Position numbers and translations under genes: made by a program. Positions 1 through 13,426 of a stretch of DNA of 64,000 nt are shown here, in pieces (within the stretch, counting starts at the first letter, position 1; each line of letters opens with the position of its first letter). A model generated the notes under the pieces. It saw only the letters and a list, made by a program, of their open reading frames with translations. It did not search any database and had not been told where the DNA came from. The stretch comes from Bugula neritina (lineage: Eukaryota > Animalia > Bryozoa), in contig OZ037767.1 of NCBI GenBank assembly GCA_964035545.1, positions 20,662,628 to 20,726,627 on the forward strand. Direction: 5' to 3'.

Positions 1-1087
1 AATAAAAAGCAAACCTGCTAAAACTGGGCAAAGTGCTTGGTTAATGAATAATAATAAAATAAAAAACTATTTTACTTGAGATACATGTAGCTGATACAGT
101 GGCTTCACACAGTGTTAACTCTTGAAGGTGGAAGTAAGTTTGCCTTAAACATGTTCATGTAGAGCCAAGTAATGTCTTATTTTATGTACAGCAACATTAC
201 TGGCAGCTGGCAGCATAGTTACCATTGTTTGCTGCCAGTGTTTTTCCTCAACCAATAGGCACTTAACACTTAGCAGTTCATTTTCCTGTGCTGTTCTTTC
301 CTGCAGCTTCCAAGAAGAACTCTGGTTGGTTTGACTTTGGTAATTCCCACATAACACCCATTGTGCTACAGTAGTATTTTAGTTACAGCCATATTTTACA
401 CATATATCAAATAATGTCATATCATATGATGTAATATATTATACGATATGACATAGTATATCGGATCAAATCATTTTATGATATATCATATGATTTGATT
501 TGAAAATAAAAACACCGAGAGCTCCAGACAGCTAGTACTTCGGATTGGTTTTATCAAATAGATAACATAGTTTTTTGTTCTACTCATTGTGACATTCTTA
601 ATTTCAGATTACTGTGTGCAGGAGGGCACCTGGGGGTACCCTCAGGGCTACTGGAGGACACCCTCAGGGCACCTGCAGTGTTCATGTTTATGCTATGCTA
701 ACATTTTATTTACTATATGTTGCAGTATCACTTTTACTTTCTTTATACAGACCCATTAGCCTAATTATAAGTGTAGACCAAACTAAATAGTTTAGCATGC
801 AAGTGATCGTGTGTTGTAGCTCAGCTGTAAGTGTGTAAATTCAGTTTTGTGATGAATGCAATGAATGTCCACTTTACTTGGTGATACACAAAACGCAACT
901 CACTAACTGTTAGCAGCTAGTTGGCCCTCGCTAAAGCAAACTATAAAATACTTAAAGAGGTCGCTATGCTTACAACTATACATGAATAGCACACCTAAAA
1001 TGTCACATACCCCTAGCTGTGCCTTATGCAATGCAATGATAAAGTTCAGTTGCCGTGAAGAATGACTACATAAGAAGTATTTTGCAG

Positions 1088-1322
1088 GGCGCGGCGCAGA
1101 CAATGTAACGGCGGAATGATGGAACTAGAAGATGATGACGCTTCAGACGATCTGATTGATGAGTCGGAACCGGGCAGATGTTTGGTGCAGACGGACTCAA
1201 ATCTTGCCTGTCGATTCTTCAACCCTCATCACCTCCATCACGACTCCATTAAACCAATCAACTGTAATGGAAAACCCTTCACTGAAATGTCTCAGGGTAA
1301 AACAGATCCAGCCATAATATAG
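1088..1322 (+). CDS. Probable terminal coding exon of a gene starting upstream of or early in the window (product unknown; acidic stretch ELEDDDASDDLIDE)
   Basis: Acceptor tttgcag ends at 1087. The frame is open (ARRRQCNGGMMELEDDD...PAII*) in locally GC-richer sequence, with AATAAA at 1617-1622. No recognisable family. Confidence 0.45.
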
Positions 1323-2324
1323 CCTCTCCACACTTATACAACTGCTGGGATAGATTATAGTTTATCAAATTTATTGCTTTGTGATATATAAGCATGCTAA
1401 TGCTTTGCTAAATGTTCTATGTATAAAATTTCGTCTAGCATTACAGATGACGAAATTTTGCCTTCTTTTACTATGCAGAATGAGTTTAGTTTTCAGCTTC
1501 AATCTGCATTTTTGTAAATTGCCAGAATTTCTGTACAAGTATGTGTATACGCGCTTTTTCTAAACCTAATTTTTTAAACTGACTTGTGTATCTAAGCTGT
1601 ACTTATATTTCTATTGAATAAAGCACAATATCTAAACTCTTTCTTCTTTAATTATACCAGCGTGCTACAGTTACTGAACTAGAAGTAATATAACATTGTA
1701 TAACAGAATATTTCACTATCAATATAACGGAACACTAAATTTCCCAGTCATACAAAGAGTATAATATTTTAAAATATGCAACTTCATAGCAATATTATAT
1801 TATATAATGTTGCCAATAAAAATGCCAATAAAAGAGTAACATATATTGATATAATAGAAAAAACAGATAATTTTAAAGCCTAATGATAATATGATAGCGT
1901 ATAAGAATATATTGTGAAGACATAAGAAAACAATATTAACATATACCAATATAAATTACTCGGCATATATCAACAACATTGTATAATGACATAGAAATCC
2001 TATAGAAAAGAAATATAACATCAATATTATGCATTATATTTATATGAAACAATATATTATACTTTGAATAAACATCAAATTATTGATGGAAAGTTTTATT
2101 TAAAAAACAATTCATAGTATGTAGAAAATTTCAGAACTTCAAAACTTAGGTGCTTTCGTTGGAAGCATATCGCAATGGCTTACACAAATTAGCAATAGGA
2201 AACTTTTGTTAGAAGGCGCATTAATTTAATGTCACTGATAACCGGAGATATAGCATGATGGGAATTGTCAGGTGTTGCAGCTTTGCGTTCTGCTGAGTTG
2301 ATTCTATTACATCTCTTGCTAACC

Positions 2325-4456
2325 ATGAAGTTGACTGCTGCATTATTTGCAAGTAAGTTTATTACACTTATATATGGAGAATTTGACTTTGAAATTGCAT
2401 AATTTTGAAAATAGAATGTAAATAAATATTAATTTGAATATAGTTGTAGTTCTCCTTGTGCAATCACAGGCCGAGGTTTTGGGGGGAGTTGATGTAGCTG
2501 CCCTTCTTACTACATTTCAAAAACTCAACTTGTTTTCTGATGGAATCAATGGAGCTGATCATGTTAAAGATGTGAGTTTTAGTATAATTGTCTTTTTTCT
2601 TTCTTTCTGAGCCAACAAGCTGAACAAATTATTGCAGTATCTTATGTAATCAGTTACATATAACAATTTGTATAATGCACTTTATATTCGTTTACAGTCA
2701 AACATTTTATTTCTTTACAACATTTTATACAGAACAGTATGAAACTATTAGTAAATAGTAAAATATTCTTCCATTATTATAAAGTTTTGACTAGTTTATA
2801 AATATTATGTATTGTATGTATAATATATATATCCAACAAGGCTATACACTACATACAACATATAACGGTAAACTAACACATATTATGGTACGCAGACTGT
2901 TTTGTACGGAAGAGCCATAAGAATAACAGATAACGGTGGGTGTGTCACAGTACAGGATCGGGCAACTTCCTTTAAAACTACGAAGTGCGCCGAAACTAGT
3001 GAGGTGAGAGAGTATAACTCTAATGTATATAAAGACATTGATACCAATATATATATATATATATATCATGATTCATGTATACCGTACAGAACATAAGCAC
3101 TATACGCTATACGCTATACGCTATACGCTATACACTATTCGCTATACACTATACGCTATACACTATACGCTATACACTATACGCTATACGCTATACGCTA
3201 TACACTATTCGCTATACACTATACGCTATACACTATACGCTATACACTATACGCTATCACTTACGGCACACAAATATACTTTATTTGAAGGAAGCCACTG
3301 CTGAGGGCACTTCGGAGCTGTTTACTCTGCTGATTAAAATAGGTCAAATGTCATATGATGACGTCGGCTTGAAGCCACCCACTCCCAAACCAGGTAAATG
3401 AGTTTGTCTACTTCTTATACATTCTCTTTCAGTCAGTTGATCGACTAGGACTATTTCATATTCTAGGGCTTAGGTTCGTTGCAGTGATTGGCAAGGATTG
3501 CAGATTTACTCTTTATAGCAGTTCATGTTTTCCCAACAAGTTAGAACCTGGGTCCAAGTTTCTCTGACATTTCCCTTTGAGTATGTATTATATTATTGTG
3601 GTTATTACTGCACATGTTATTTTATTGCAGTTGAAAAAAATTGTGCCGACAATTTCTCAGAGAAGAAATGCCAGTTGCACATAAAGCTTGGTCATTGTGA
3701 CCCCAGCAATCAGTTTTTCAACTGGATTCACCACAATTGCTATCAATCCTGTGGGTGGGTAACATTCAACCCATTTCCTTGCGTATATGATATATGGTGC
3801 TTGGGCTAAACTTGCTGGAACACAGTATAATATGATATTAAGACAGCTTAGGCTATAGTATGTTTTGCATATTATAATAATATATTATGTCATTCCATAC
3901 CATATTGGAGTATAATATCGGAGTATCATATCATAATATATCATATCGTAGTATCATATCACAGTACCATATCATATTATCATCTCATAGTATCATATTA
4001 TAATATCATATCATAGTATCATATCATAGTATCATATCACAGTATCATATAACAGTATAATATCATAGTACCATATGATAATGATAAATCATTCACTTAG
4101 TTATGATGAATTATTACATATAATACACCATATGTTACATGCAGCATATTATTATACACCAATATTTTACATATTATAGTGTATACCGTATAAAATATAA
4201 CGTATAGAATATACATGTATAGCGTATAGCATATAGTGTATATCGTATAGTGTATAGTGTTTAGCATATATGTAGTATATAGTGTATATAACATATAGTG
4301 TATAGCATATAGCATATATAGTGTATAGCGCATAGCATATAGTGTATGGCGCATAGCTGATAGCTTATAGCATATAATGTATTGCTATTACTTTACAGAG
4401 GGTGTCTGAGCAAAGAAGAGATAAAAGAGGCTCTTAGTTTCAACAAGCAGACGTAG
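2325..4456 (+). CDS. Secreted protein with a single ShKT (ShK toxin-like) domain, 146 aa, 5 exons
   Basis: Exons 2325-2352, 2444-2571, 3291-3393, 3631-3754 and 4399-4456 are all GT-AG, phase-compatible and total 441 nt. Signal peptide-like MKLTAALFAIVVLLVQSQA. Domain CADNFSEKKCQLHIKLGHCDPSNQFFNWIHHNCYQSCGGC has six Cys ending in the ShKT C-x3-C-x2-C pattern. AATAAA at 4523-4528. Confidence 0.85.
3100..3256. repeat. 7-bp tandem repeat (TATACRC)n in ShKT-gene intron 2
   Basis: Alternating tatacgc/tatacac units. Explains the low-complexity ORFs 3023-3304 and 3075-3401. Confidence 0.95.
3890..4075. repeat. Degenerate 5-bp repeat (ATATC/GTATC/ATAGT)n
   Basis: tatcatatcatagtatcatatcacag-type units. 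A similar tract occurs at ~405-495. Confidence 0.85.
4215..4375. repeat. Degenerate 7-bp repeat (GYRTATA)n in ShKT-gene intron 4, the reverse complement of the intron-2 array
   Basis: gcgtata/gcatata/gtgtata units. Confidence 0.85.
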
Positions 4457-5016
4457 AGCAGATTTTCAACCAGCGATGCTATTGGTTGAATCAGATGCTA
4501 AAGAAATCACCACTTTTCATGTAATAAACTGACTGCTGCGGTTTTACAGAAAATTTGTCTAGTATCTAAAATGTTAATCAAAATTGATAATAAAAATAGT
4601 TTGCAGCTTTATTGATTGTTGAATAACTAGACTATTGCTTTGAACGCAGATAACATCTTTCAGAAGTTAGTAAACTTGCAGATAACTTATATAGACTTTC
4701 AGCTTATAAGGGTGCAAAATATAAATAATAATACGATAGTACGTTAGACACTAACTGTTATAGTAGGTAATAGACAATTATGCATATCATACCTTCAAAA
4801 CTTGTGATAAACTCAAAATTTTTGAACTGCTTATTTCTCTATATGCAAAATAAGTATAATCGGTATTCTAATGAGAGACTCACCCCCTCCCCCCATCTCT
4901 CCTACTGGCTATGACTAGATTGGTTGTCAGTGCCAGATCTTTATGGTCAATTTGGTAGTTCTTTGATATCAATTATTTTCTTATGTTGCATTTAAGAATC
5001 TGCGTTTAAGGTATAG

Positions 5017-5165
5017 CAGGCTTGGTTTAGTGCAGGGCTAGAGCACTGGTTTAGTAAACACAAGGAGGTCAGTGGTTTGGATCTCAACAAAAGGAATACT
5101 AGGAAAGGCATTAAGTCATAATTGCTCATTTGCTATGAACGAAAACAGGTTCTTGGCCTGCTTTA
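5017..5165 (+). mobile_element. Possible decayed tRNA-derived SINE head
   Basis: A-box-like tagtgcagggctagagc and B-box-like ggtttggatctc at tRNA-like spacing. No intact cloverleaf. Confidence 0.25.
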
Positions 5166-6562
5166 GAAAAAACCTTGCCATCAAGGGTGTTCTCTAAACA
5201 AAAGTGAGTTTTATTTATGAACTTTAGCTTGTAATGGAGATTAGCACTATATAGGCCTAGATCTTGAAAAGGCCATGAAAAAGTGCTAATAATGCTAATA
5301 ACTAATACTTCCTAGCCAACATGGAGCATAACCCCTGATTACAAGGAGTTATATGAAACCAAGACGACTTTCTAGACTCTATTCGATTGAATATATATTA
5401 TATACTGTACATAATATTTTAGAGTAACTCCCAGCACTTAGTGAGTAAAAAGTAACAACTAAATACCTTTTATAAAACTTGTGTATAGCCCTAGATACTG
5501 GCAGAGTTTATATTTATATAGGGTGATGCGGGCTCTGTCCGTACAGAAAATTTATTTTGACGACAGAAAACACAACATCTTTTGATCAAAAAGTGTAAAA
5601 AGCATATTGTTTTCTGGTGAAATCAGCGGACTACATTGTTGCAACATAGAGGAATTATAGGTGGGGTGGGTAACTAACATTCAATAACTTGACCTTAGTC
5701 TAAATATGTTTTCCTAGCCTATACACTGTTTTCAGTACCATACTCTTTCTATATGTTATTAACCATCAACAACAATTGCATAATTGGTACGTCTTCTACT
5801 GAAATAGTGTTGTGTACACATTGCTTATATCTGCATTGAAACTTTTTAAGCCTAATTTGGGTGCTAACAAATGATTAGTAAATATTTGTAGGTTGAAGTT
5901 TACAGTTTTCTTTTAGTGCACTGCGTCCTAACCCTTTTAGTCTAAGTATTTTTTTCATTCTCCATGTTCTCCTATAGTTTTAAGTTTTCCTTACTATGTT
6001 TATGCTATAATTGGAAGTTATTGATGTGGATGTTCTAGTAAACAGGTAAATTGTATAAGAATCACTGAATATAAGGATAATTATAACTGGAATAGTATTA
6101 AAAATATCCAAGGTATCTTTATGGTAAACATTTTTGAAGAACCACAGAGTGATAATACCTGCTTTATTACAAGTTTTCAATCAATCACCAGTCTACGAAA
6201 ATTCAATTAGAAATATTTATATAAAGGAGTTGTCTATTTTTATGAGTCTGTTATTTTAAAAATTTCTTTGCGTTATTGCACATTTCAACATCGTTAAAAT
6301 TCCATGAACCGACAAATAGTTACCGACATAAAAAGCGGAATATTATCACCATTAGAACTGCATCCTTAGACTTACAGCCATTTGCAATGTAAAAATTCCT
6401 CATCTCCGATTGCGGTGTATACTAGACTAAACGCAAGTTTTAATTATATTACTATTAATAAATTTAACTGGACTTCCACGTAGCCTATATTTGCAGCTGC
6501 TGTTATGCCACAAAATATTCAGTTGATTTAATTCTCAATCCTTGAATTCTAAAATCAATATC

Positions 6563-6980
6563 ACTATGAGTATGACTATGACTCAATGAGTTAATGAGTA
6601 TCAGTATGACTGAGTGTAAGACTAAGTCTAAGTGTATTTGTAAGTGTATCAGTATGAGTATGAGTATCGGTATGAAGTATGACTTTAATTATGATGATCA
6701 GGATGTTATCGTGATCAGACTGAGAATGGGAATCTTAAAATTGAAGCTAAACTTGATGTTATATTTCAAAATCATAGTCATGAATATCAACATGAATAGA
6801 ATTTAAGTTAGAAAATGAAATATTAATATTTGTCGATGTCTTTTGAAATTACCATCACTATGAGTATGATATTGATAATGATAATCATAAAATGATAAAT
6901 AATCACACTCGGTTATCTGACATACTGAGAGTGACAGTGATACTGATACACTCAGTCTCACATTGGCACTGATAGTTGAA
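6563..6980. repeat. Degenerate hexamer-periodic array (agtatg/actaag/tgtaag-type) upstream of WTAP
   Basis: actatgagtatgactatg...tgtaagactaagtctaagtgtatt. A reverse-oriented block lies at ~6935-6980. Confidence 0.75.
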
Positions 6981-7813
6981 CTTGATATGAATTAAATTTT
7001 TATTTTATTATTAGTGTTATGATTATCATTTATAGTTATTTTTCAATGTTATAATTGTGATAATTATATTGATGATAGACACTAATAGTAATAATTTAAT
7101 AGATAATATTTAGTATTATGATATTGATTTACCTACTTTTACGTACTTTTTGAGTTAAACATTGTTCAATTTGTAATAAATTAAATGTTTCAGATTAAAA
7201 CTCACTTGACTCAGTACAACGGAACCTACTTATTGACTTAAGGTCTCATTCATAATTTGATTGAAGATAATCTCAACAGCTAATCATATTCATAGTATAA
7301 GTATTACTGTGTTGGTCAACTTAAGATTAATGTAAATACTTATAAATTTATTTAATCGTGATTATTTACTGATCTGATATACTACTAATGTCCTCTTACG
7401 TGGTAGGACTCTGCAATTACCAGGGTTTTTTATTGGTCCATTGTATCAATAATATATTACTAAATACTGTAAAAATACTTTAATGGAGGGTTTTGTGTTA
7501 GGTTTATGAGAGTGCGGTATTTGCTGTCACTATATGGATCAACACTAAGTCATGATGTCAATTTAAAAATTGGTATTAGTATTTCAGTTAATTCAAGTGT
7601 GGTACTCTTAATTTACCTGCATGTTATTGACAAAGTGTGATAATCATCAACTTGTTCTTCGTAGCTGTCTATGCTACATTATTTCAATTCTAACTGACCT
7701 CACCAGTTCACCTACTTAGAATAAACTTTGTAGAATGTACATGACTGCTGTGTAGTCTGTACTTAGTGAGACGGAAGTATTTGATAGTTTGAATCTGTCA
7801 CTCTTGAGTGGCG

Positions 7814-10800
7814 ATGACAGAGGGCGAGGAACCAGTTGCTGCTACTGTGAGACCGGTGAGTCTTGAATAGAATAGTTTACCACCTTTAATGAATTCTAAC
7901 CTCAGTATGATTTACAGTTGTATACAGCCAATAAGGTGATGTATAGTAGTGAAATGTGAGCATTGAATGAGAATAGTAAACATGCAAGTTATTTGGCTGA
8001 AATTCATAATCATAAACGAGTATAATATACATTAAATTGATGGCCCTAGTTAGCTTGAAGTTACTCTTGCGTTAAACAATTATGACTATAATTATCAAAA
8101 CATTGCCACTCTGTAGGAAAGAAAATCTACTGATGTCTTGGAGAAGCTAGACAAGGCTGAGCTTATTGATGAAATCTCCTTACTTAATAATTACATCGAA
8201 ACTAACAAGTTAGAAGGTCAGTCCCTTCTGTTTGTTGTTTCAGCTCCTTCAATAGCACACACTGAATATCACACACTGAATGTCACACACTGTATGTCAC
8301 ACACTGTATGTCACGCACTGAATATCATACACTGAATGTCACACACTGAATGTCACACACTGAATGTCACACACTGAATGTCACACACTGAATGTCACAC
8401 ACTGAATGTCACACACTGAATGTCACACACTGAATATCACACACTGAATGTCATACACTGAATGTCACACACTGAATATCACACACTGAATGTCACACAC
8501 TGTATGTCACACACTGAATGTCACACACTGAATATCACACACTGAATGTCACACACTGAATGTCACACACTGTATGTCACACACTGTATGTCACACACTG
8601 AATATCACACACCGAGTGTTATTGTTGGTAGACTTACAATCTCTAAAAGAAACAGAGGAAAAGCTGAGACAGCAACTTTGTGATGTCAGTAAACGGGAGA
8701 GCATCTTGCTGAAGACACTAGCGGAGAAAGAGCGTGAAGTTACAGATTTAGAGGTGAGTTGAATTCCCAGTTATTGAGGAAAGAGTTGTGTAAAACTGAT
8801 ACTTGTTTGAGGTAGATGCAGTAATGAAGAAATTGAAAAAAGTTTGTTTTCTAGATGAAAAATGTAGCAAAAGAAGTTATGTTCTCGCAAGAATTTCAAC
8901 CTGCGCCCAAACCAAAATGTAATAATAAAATTGGAAAACTTGTGTTATCTCAATTTCTCCACTACTGCTCCTAAATGACTTGTTTTGTGTTGCATATACT
9001 TATATGTGAATTATTTACTTGACTTGTAGGCACAGATAGAGGAACTGAAACAGTACCAGCTACCTAGTAATAATCAGCTGAGAACTATGCTGCTTGAGCC
9101 AACAGTCAATGTAGTTATAAACAGACTCAAGAAAGAACTTGACACCACAAAACTTAGACTTGAGGAATCACAAAGCGAACTTAATGCTTGGAAGTTCACT
9201 CAAGACAGGTGATTTCTCACGGAACATGGAGATGTAGCGATATTTTAGAGCTCGCTTAGTGTCCCCGGCTACCAGTAGCTGTTGAGAAAGACAACAAGTG
9301 CAGTATTCAACTTACTACAGCAGCCATATTGTATCCTGTAACCATGGTAACATACAAATCTCACTACGACTGCTATAAACAAATGTGATGCGCCCTAATA
9401 GTCTATGAAATAGACATGCAACTACCTCTCCATTATTTGAGCAATGAAATCAATAGCCTAGTTAGGTCTGTGATAAATATCAATGAGTAATGTAAAATGG
9501 GCTTAGTGTTGAATATTTATAAAGAAGTCGTGTACAGGCGGCTTAGTATGGCCACAGGGCATAATAATCCCTGGTATGCCAACCATTTCGCACCACTCAA
9601 TGTTAACTGGATGGATGGGCTAGTAACGGCATGTATAGCATAAAAATATACACCTGCGTTGGCGAGTGAATACCGTCTTATGGTGATGGTCAGGCGTGGC
9701 TAGACACTAGACAGTACTCTTAAAAACTTCAGACTGGACACAACCAGTTCCAAACGAACTGCCAATTGTGCACAGTTCCTGCAGGTTTCACTGTCAGTAG
9801 TTGTCTGCCTCAATGTATTCACTTTTAAATACATTTATGTTTACTTTTCACATCAGCCATAATTTGTTTTATTTCTTATTACTATCCAATTGATAATGTT
9901 TGTGTTTCTGTTATTAGTGTAAAGAATGTTATTCAGGTTTGGTCATGTTTTCATTAACCAAACTGAACAGAAATATAAATGCAATTAGCTGTCACATAGT
10001 GAAAGGTGTATTGTTTTGACTAGTATTGCATGAACCAACTAAGTTTTGTTTTCAACTGATAAGCAAAGTTGTAGATAGTGTCTTAGCTGAATGATTTCTT
10101 TGCTAACCTTATTAAAAATCCTTTGAAATACTAGTGAATCATAAAAATAATAAATTGAGGCAGCCATTGAGCTAGAGTTAATCTAACGGTTTTATTAATT
10201 AATACAATTTATCCTACTCCAAAGCCATGTGTCTTCCTCAGTTGATTTAATTCCAAAACTCCATTTTCTGTCGCAGTATGTGGTGTTGTGGCAATGTAGC
10301 AAAGGACTGTGCTGAGATGACCGGTCCTAGGTTTTGTTATTTATACGATATGTTTTTACTTCTGTATTCCCGCAGTCAAACCGGCAAGCATTTGATGGCC
10401 AGATGCCGTACGCTACTGAAGGAAAATGAAGAGTTAGGAATGCAAATATCACAGGGCCGAATAGCTAAGTTGGAGGGTGAAATTGCATTGCAGAAGAAAC
10501 TAGTGGAAGAAATGAAAGTTGCTCAAAATGGTGTGTATTCTAACTTATTACTCTTCAGTTTGTACAATTTGATCTAATGTAGAGGGTAACTAAATTGCAC
10601 ACCGGGTCAGGTATGGTGAAAAAAGAACAGCCAAATTATAGCATGCTTGGAATTTGACATGGTTTCATTAGATTTTTTGAAGTAAGCTATTTCTATTGGA
10701 CTGCAGTTTTGTGCAGCTGGGCAATTAAACTTTGTAAAGTCCAATAATTATGTTGTCGTTAAACTGAGTGGATAAGTCTGTTGATGAGTGAACATTCTGA

Positions 10801-11224
10801 AACCTCTTTGATTTCAGAGACTGAGCAGTTCGTTGTGGAGTTAGACGATGACACAGAGGGACTGCAGGCGACCATCTTGCTGCTTCAACAGCAGCTGAAA
10901 GAAGCTAAAGAGAGAATACACATCTTAGAAGGAACTGGTGACTCAACACCTTTACAGCAAAACCAAATGGATACCGAAACTACGGAGTCTATGGAAGACG
11001 AACCTACACACTCAGAATTGACGTTGGAAAATGAAGGAAATGACAACAGTTTGACGTTTCCAGAAAATTCTGAAATTTGTTCAAAAAACGAAGAAAAGAC
11101 ATCAATGGTTAATGGCTCAATTGCTTTGACAGAGAATGATGAAATGAACCCCACAAATAGTCCTGGTGAAAAGTCGTCGGCTTTGGTTAAAAATGGACGA
11201 ACTGGTGTGTCTGTGACTAACTGA
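7814..11224 (+). CDS. WTAP: Pre-mRNA-splicing regulator WTAP / female-lethal(2)d, m6A writer-complex adaptor, 334 aa, 6 coding exons
   Basis: Exons 7814-7855, 8117-8216, 8632-8753, 9030-9208, 10376-10530 and 10818-11224 total 1005 nt in frame. Hallmark segments ELNAWKFTQDSQTGKHLMARCRTLLKENEELG-QISQGRIAKLEGEIALQKK and LDDDTEGLQATILLLQQQLKE match the WTAP/Mum2 family. Confidence 0.97.
8256..8612. repeat. 14-bp minisatellite (TCACACACTGAATG)n, ~25 copies, filling most of WTAP intron 2
   Basis: Direct tandem periodicity with tgaatg/tgtatg/tgaata variants. Confidence 0.97.
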
Positions 11225-11331
11225 ACACATAGTTACTTGTAAATAATAGTATGTAAATATCGTGTCTATCATCTTGATAAGTTACAACCTTTTGAAATTT
11301 ACAAAGAATTATTCATTTAATAATAATTTTA

Positions 11332-11384
11332 AATAAAAGAAATGGTTACAGTGTTGGCGGCTTCTTAATACCACCATTTTTATT
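11332..11384. terminator. Opposed polyadenylation signals of WTAP (AATAAA 11332-11337, +) and TTI1 (AATAAA on -, 11379-11384)
   Basis: Canonical hexamers on opposite strands between the two stop codons. Confidence 0.5.
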
Positions 11385-11622
11385 ATTAAAGTGCTGTTGG
11401 ATTGACAAGTAAATTTAGTGAACCATTTATATAGGATTATTATTTTTAATATAGTGTAAAATAATTTTTGTTTGTACAAAATCAACTCCATTACAAACAT
11501 TGACAAAATAAATCAGCAATTTACTTTCTACATTTCAAAACAATTTGTGTCATGATTTTCACACAATCCTTGATTACAAAGTACAATAAAGGAAATCAGT
11601 TGTTGCATTGTCTGGATGCATA

Positions 11623-13381
11623 CTATATTTCTAGTAGAACTGCTTTAGCATTTTCCATACAGTCTTTGTGTGCTGTCTGAGAAACCTAAAATCGCAGAAG
11701 TTGTTGAGTGAGCAACTAGTCTTGTGGTGTAATTGATCAAAAATATATATTCAGCTCCTTTGTAAAACTTCTTACAAGAATTTTAAAGCAATTCAGTCAG
11801 GTCAAAAAATTAATTGGCAAACTTGGGGAAATTTAATAGTCTAGAACCAACAGGAAATATACAATGTACATTTGAGATTACAATACGCAGTATTTGTGAG
11901 CTCGTCAAAAAGTTACTAGAATATGTATGTCAACATGTTGAGGTTAATGTTGACCTGCTTGTCATCGCAACGGCCTGTAGAATGAATGGAGAGCGTATCT
12001 ACTGTATCAATTGAGTAAATTTCAATTTCAGAAATGCTTTTTAAAGAAAATGCCAGAGTTGCTCTCAGTGACTAACAGAATACGTATGTAGTGACAGTCA
12101 GCAGAGGTAAACTAAGTCAAGACTTACTCCAGTGACCACGCTGTTGAGATTGTACCAGACTAAGTCAGCGTCAACTTCGGCCATCAGGATTAGACAATTC
12201 CTGGCACACTGTGGGAAGACCAGAACTTGGTTAATACTAAGATATTACGTGACATTCAGAACATAAAATATAGTCTAGTCTAATGAATTAAATTACCTGT
12301 TGCAGTTGTGGTGGCTGGAAACAGGACAGATACAGGATACAAGAGCAGACAACTTCATTAAACATAGAATATCCGAGCTTAGTCTACCAATAGAATGACA
12401 CATTGATGACCAACAAGTGTTGAAACATGTGAGAATATGTAAACCAGTATATCCACATATTACATAATATGGTGAATCAAATTTATGAAATAATTCAAAT
12501 ATAATAAATACTTAATATAGAAAGATAGTAAAAATAACTGTTTTTGTTGACAACATTGACAATGTGCATACAATTAAGTGCATTTGCTATATTCAAGGAC
12601 AAAATGAGATCCCAACAAAACAGCTAGTTTTCAAGAAAGTAAATTGGGAGAAAAGAGAGAAATGTACATACATCAATACACAGAGTTCCAACTGTCTCCA
12701 ATAACATCAGCTGTAGCTTATAGTCAAGGGTGTGCCTGTATGCTTTGCCCGTTCTCTTGCTAACATAATTGAGAACTCAGTATAAAATATAGTAGAGCAG
12801 GCAAGATTTGTACTAAAGGAATTCTAGCAACAGAAGCAAACAGAGTGACTTGCTCAGTGCTGGTGGAAATATAGTCTAACTACAGTAGGAGTACAGCATA
12901 ACTACACGTGATTTACGGTGTAACTAGTTATTAGATCTGTCACACAGATATACATTATTACATAGAGTATAATACAGTATAACATAGAGTATAATACAGT
13001 ATTACACAGGTATAATACAGTATTACACAAGTATAATGTCACACATATATATGAAGTAACCAACCTGACCGCTGCCTTGCTTGTTAACAAAGAGACTAGC
13101 TTCGGCAGCACGTCTTTGCTGACTCGAGCTCTAATGAAATCCTTTGACAGGTCAGCCAGAACTGCTAGACAGTTGATAGCCTGTGAAGTATATTCAAGAA
13201 CATTCTAATAGTAGTCATAGAGAATGTTAGTCTATATAATATATTTTAGTAGACAATGAGAGTGTTATTCTATCTAATATATTCTTGTAGACATAGAGAG
13301 TGCTAGTCTATATAATATATTCTAGTAGTCATCGAGAATGTTAGTCTATATAATATATTCTAGTAGACATAGAGAGTGTTA

Positions 13382-13426
<45 letters not shown>

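Noticed and set aside
623-678. GC-rich ccctcaggg repeats
   Set aside because: Too short to assign to an element or exon.
6594-6806. ORF MSISMTECKTKSKC and the similar ORF 63125-63367 as a paralogous gene pair
   Set aside because: The similarity comes from the shared hexamer-periodic DNA. There is no gene structure.
10782-10800. C/D box snoRNA motifs (TGATGA...CTGA) in a WTAP intron
   Set aside because: The boxes are only ~8 nt apart and overlap the branch/acceptor region.
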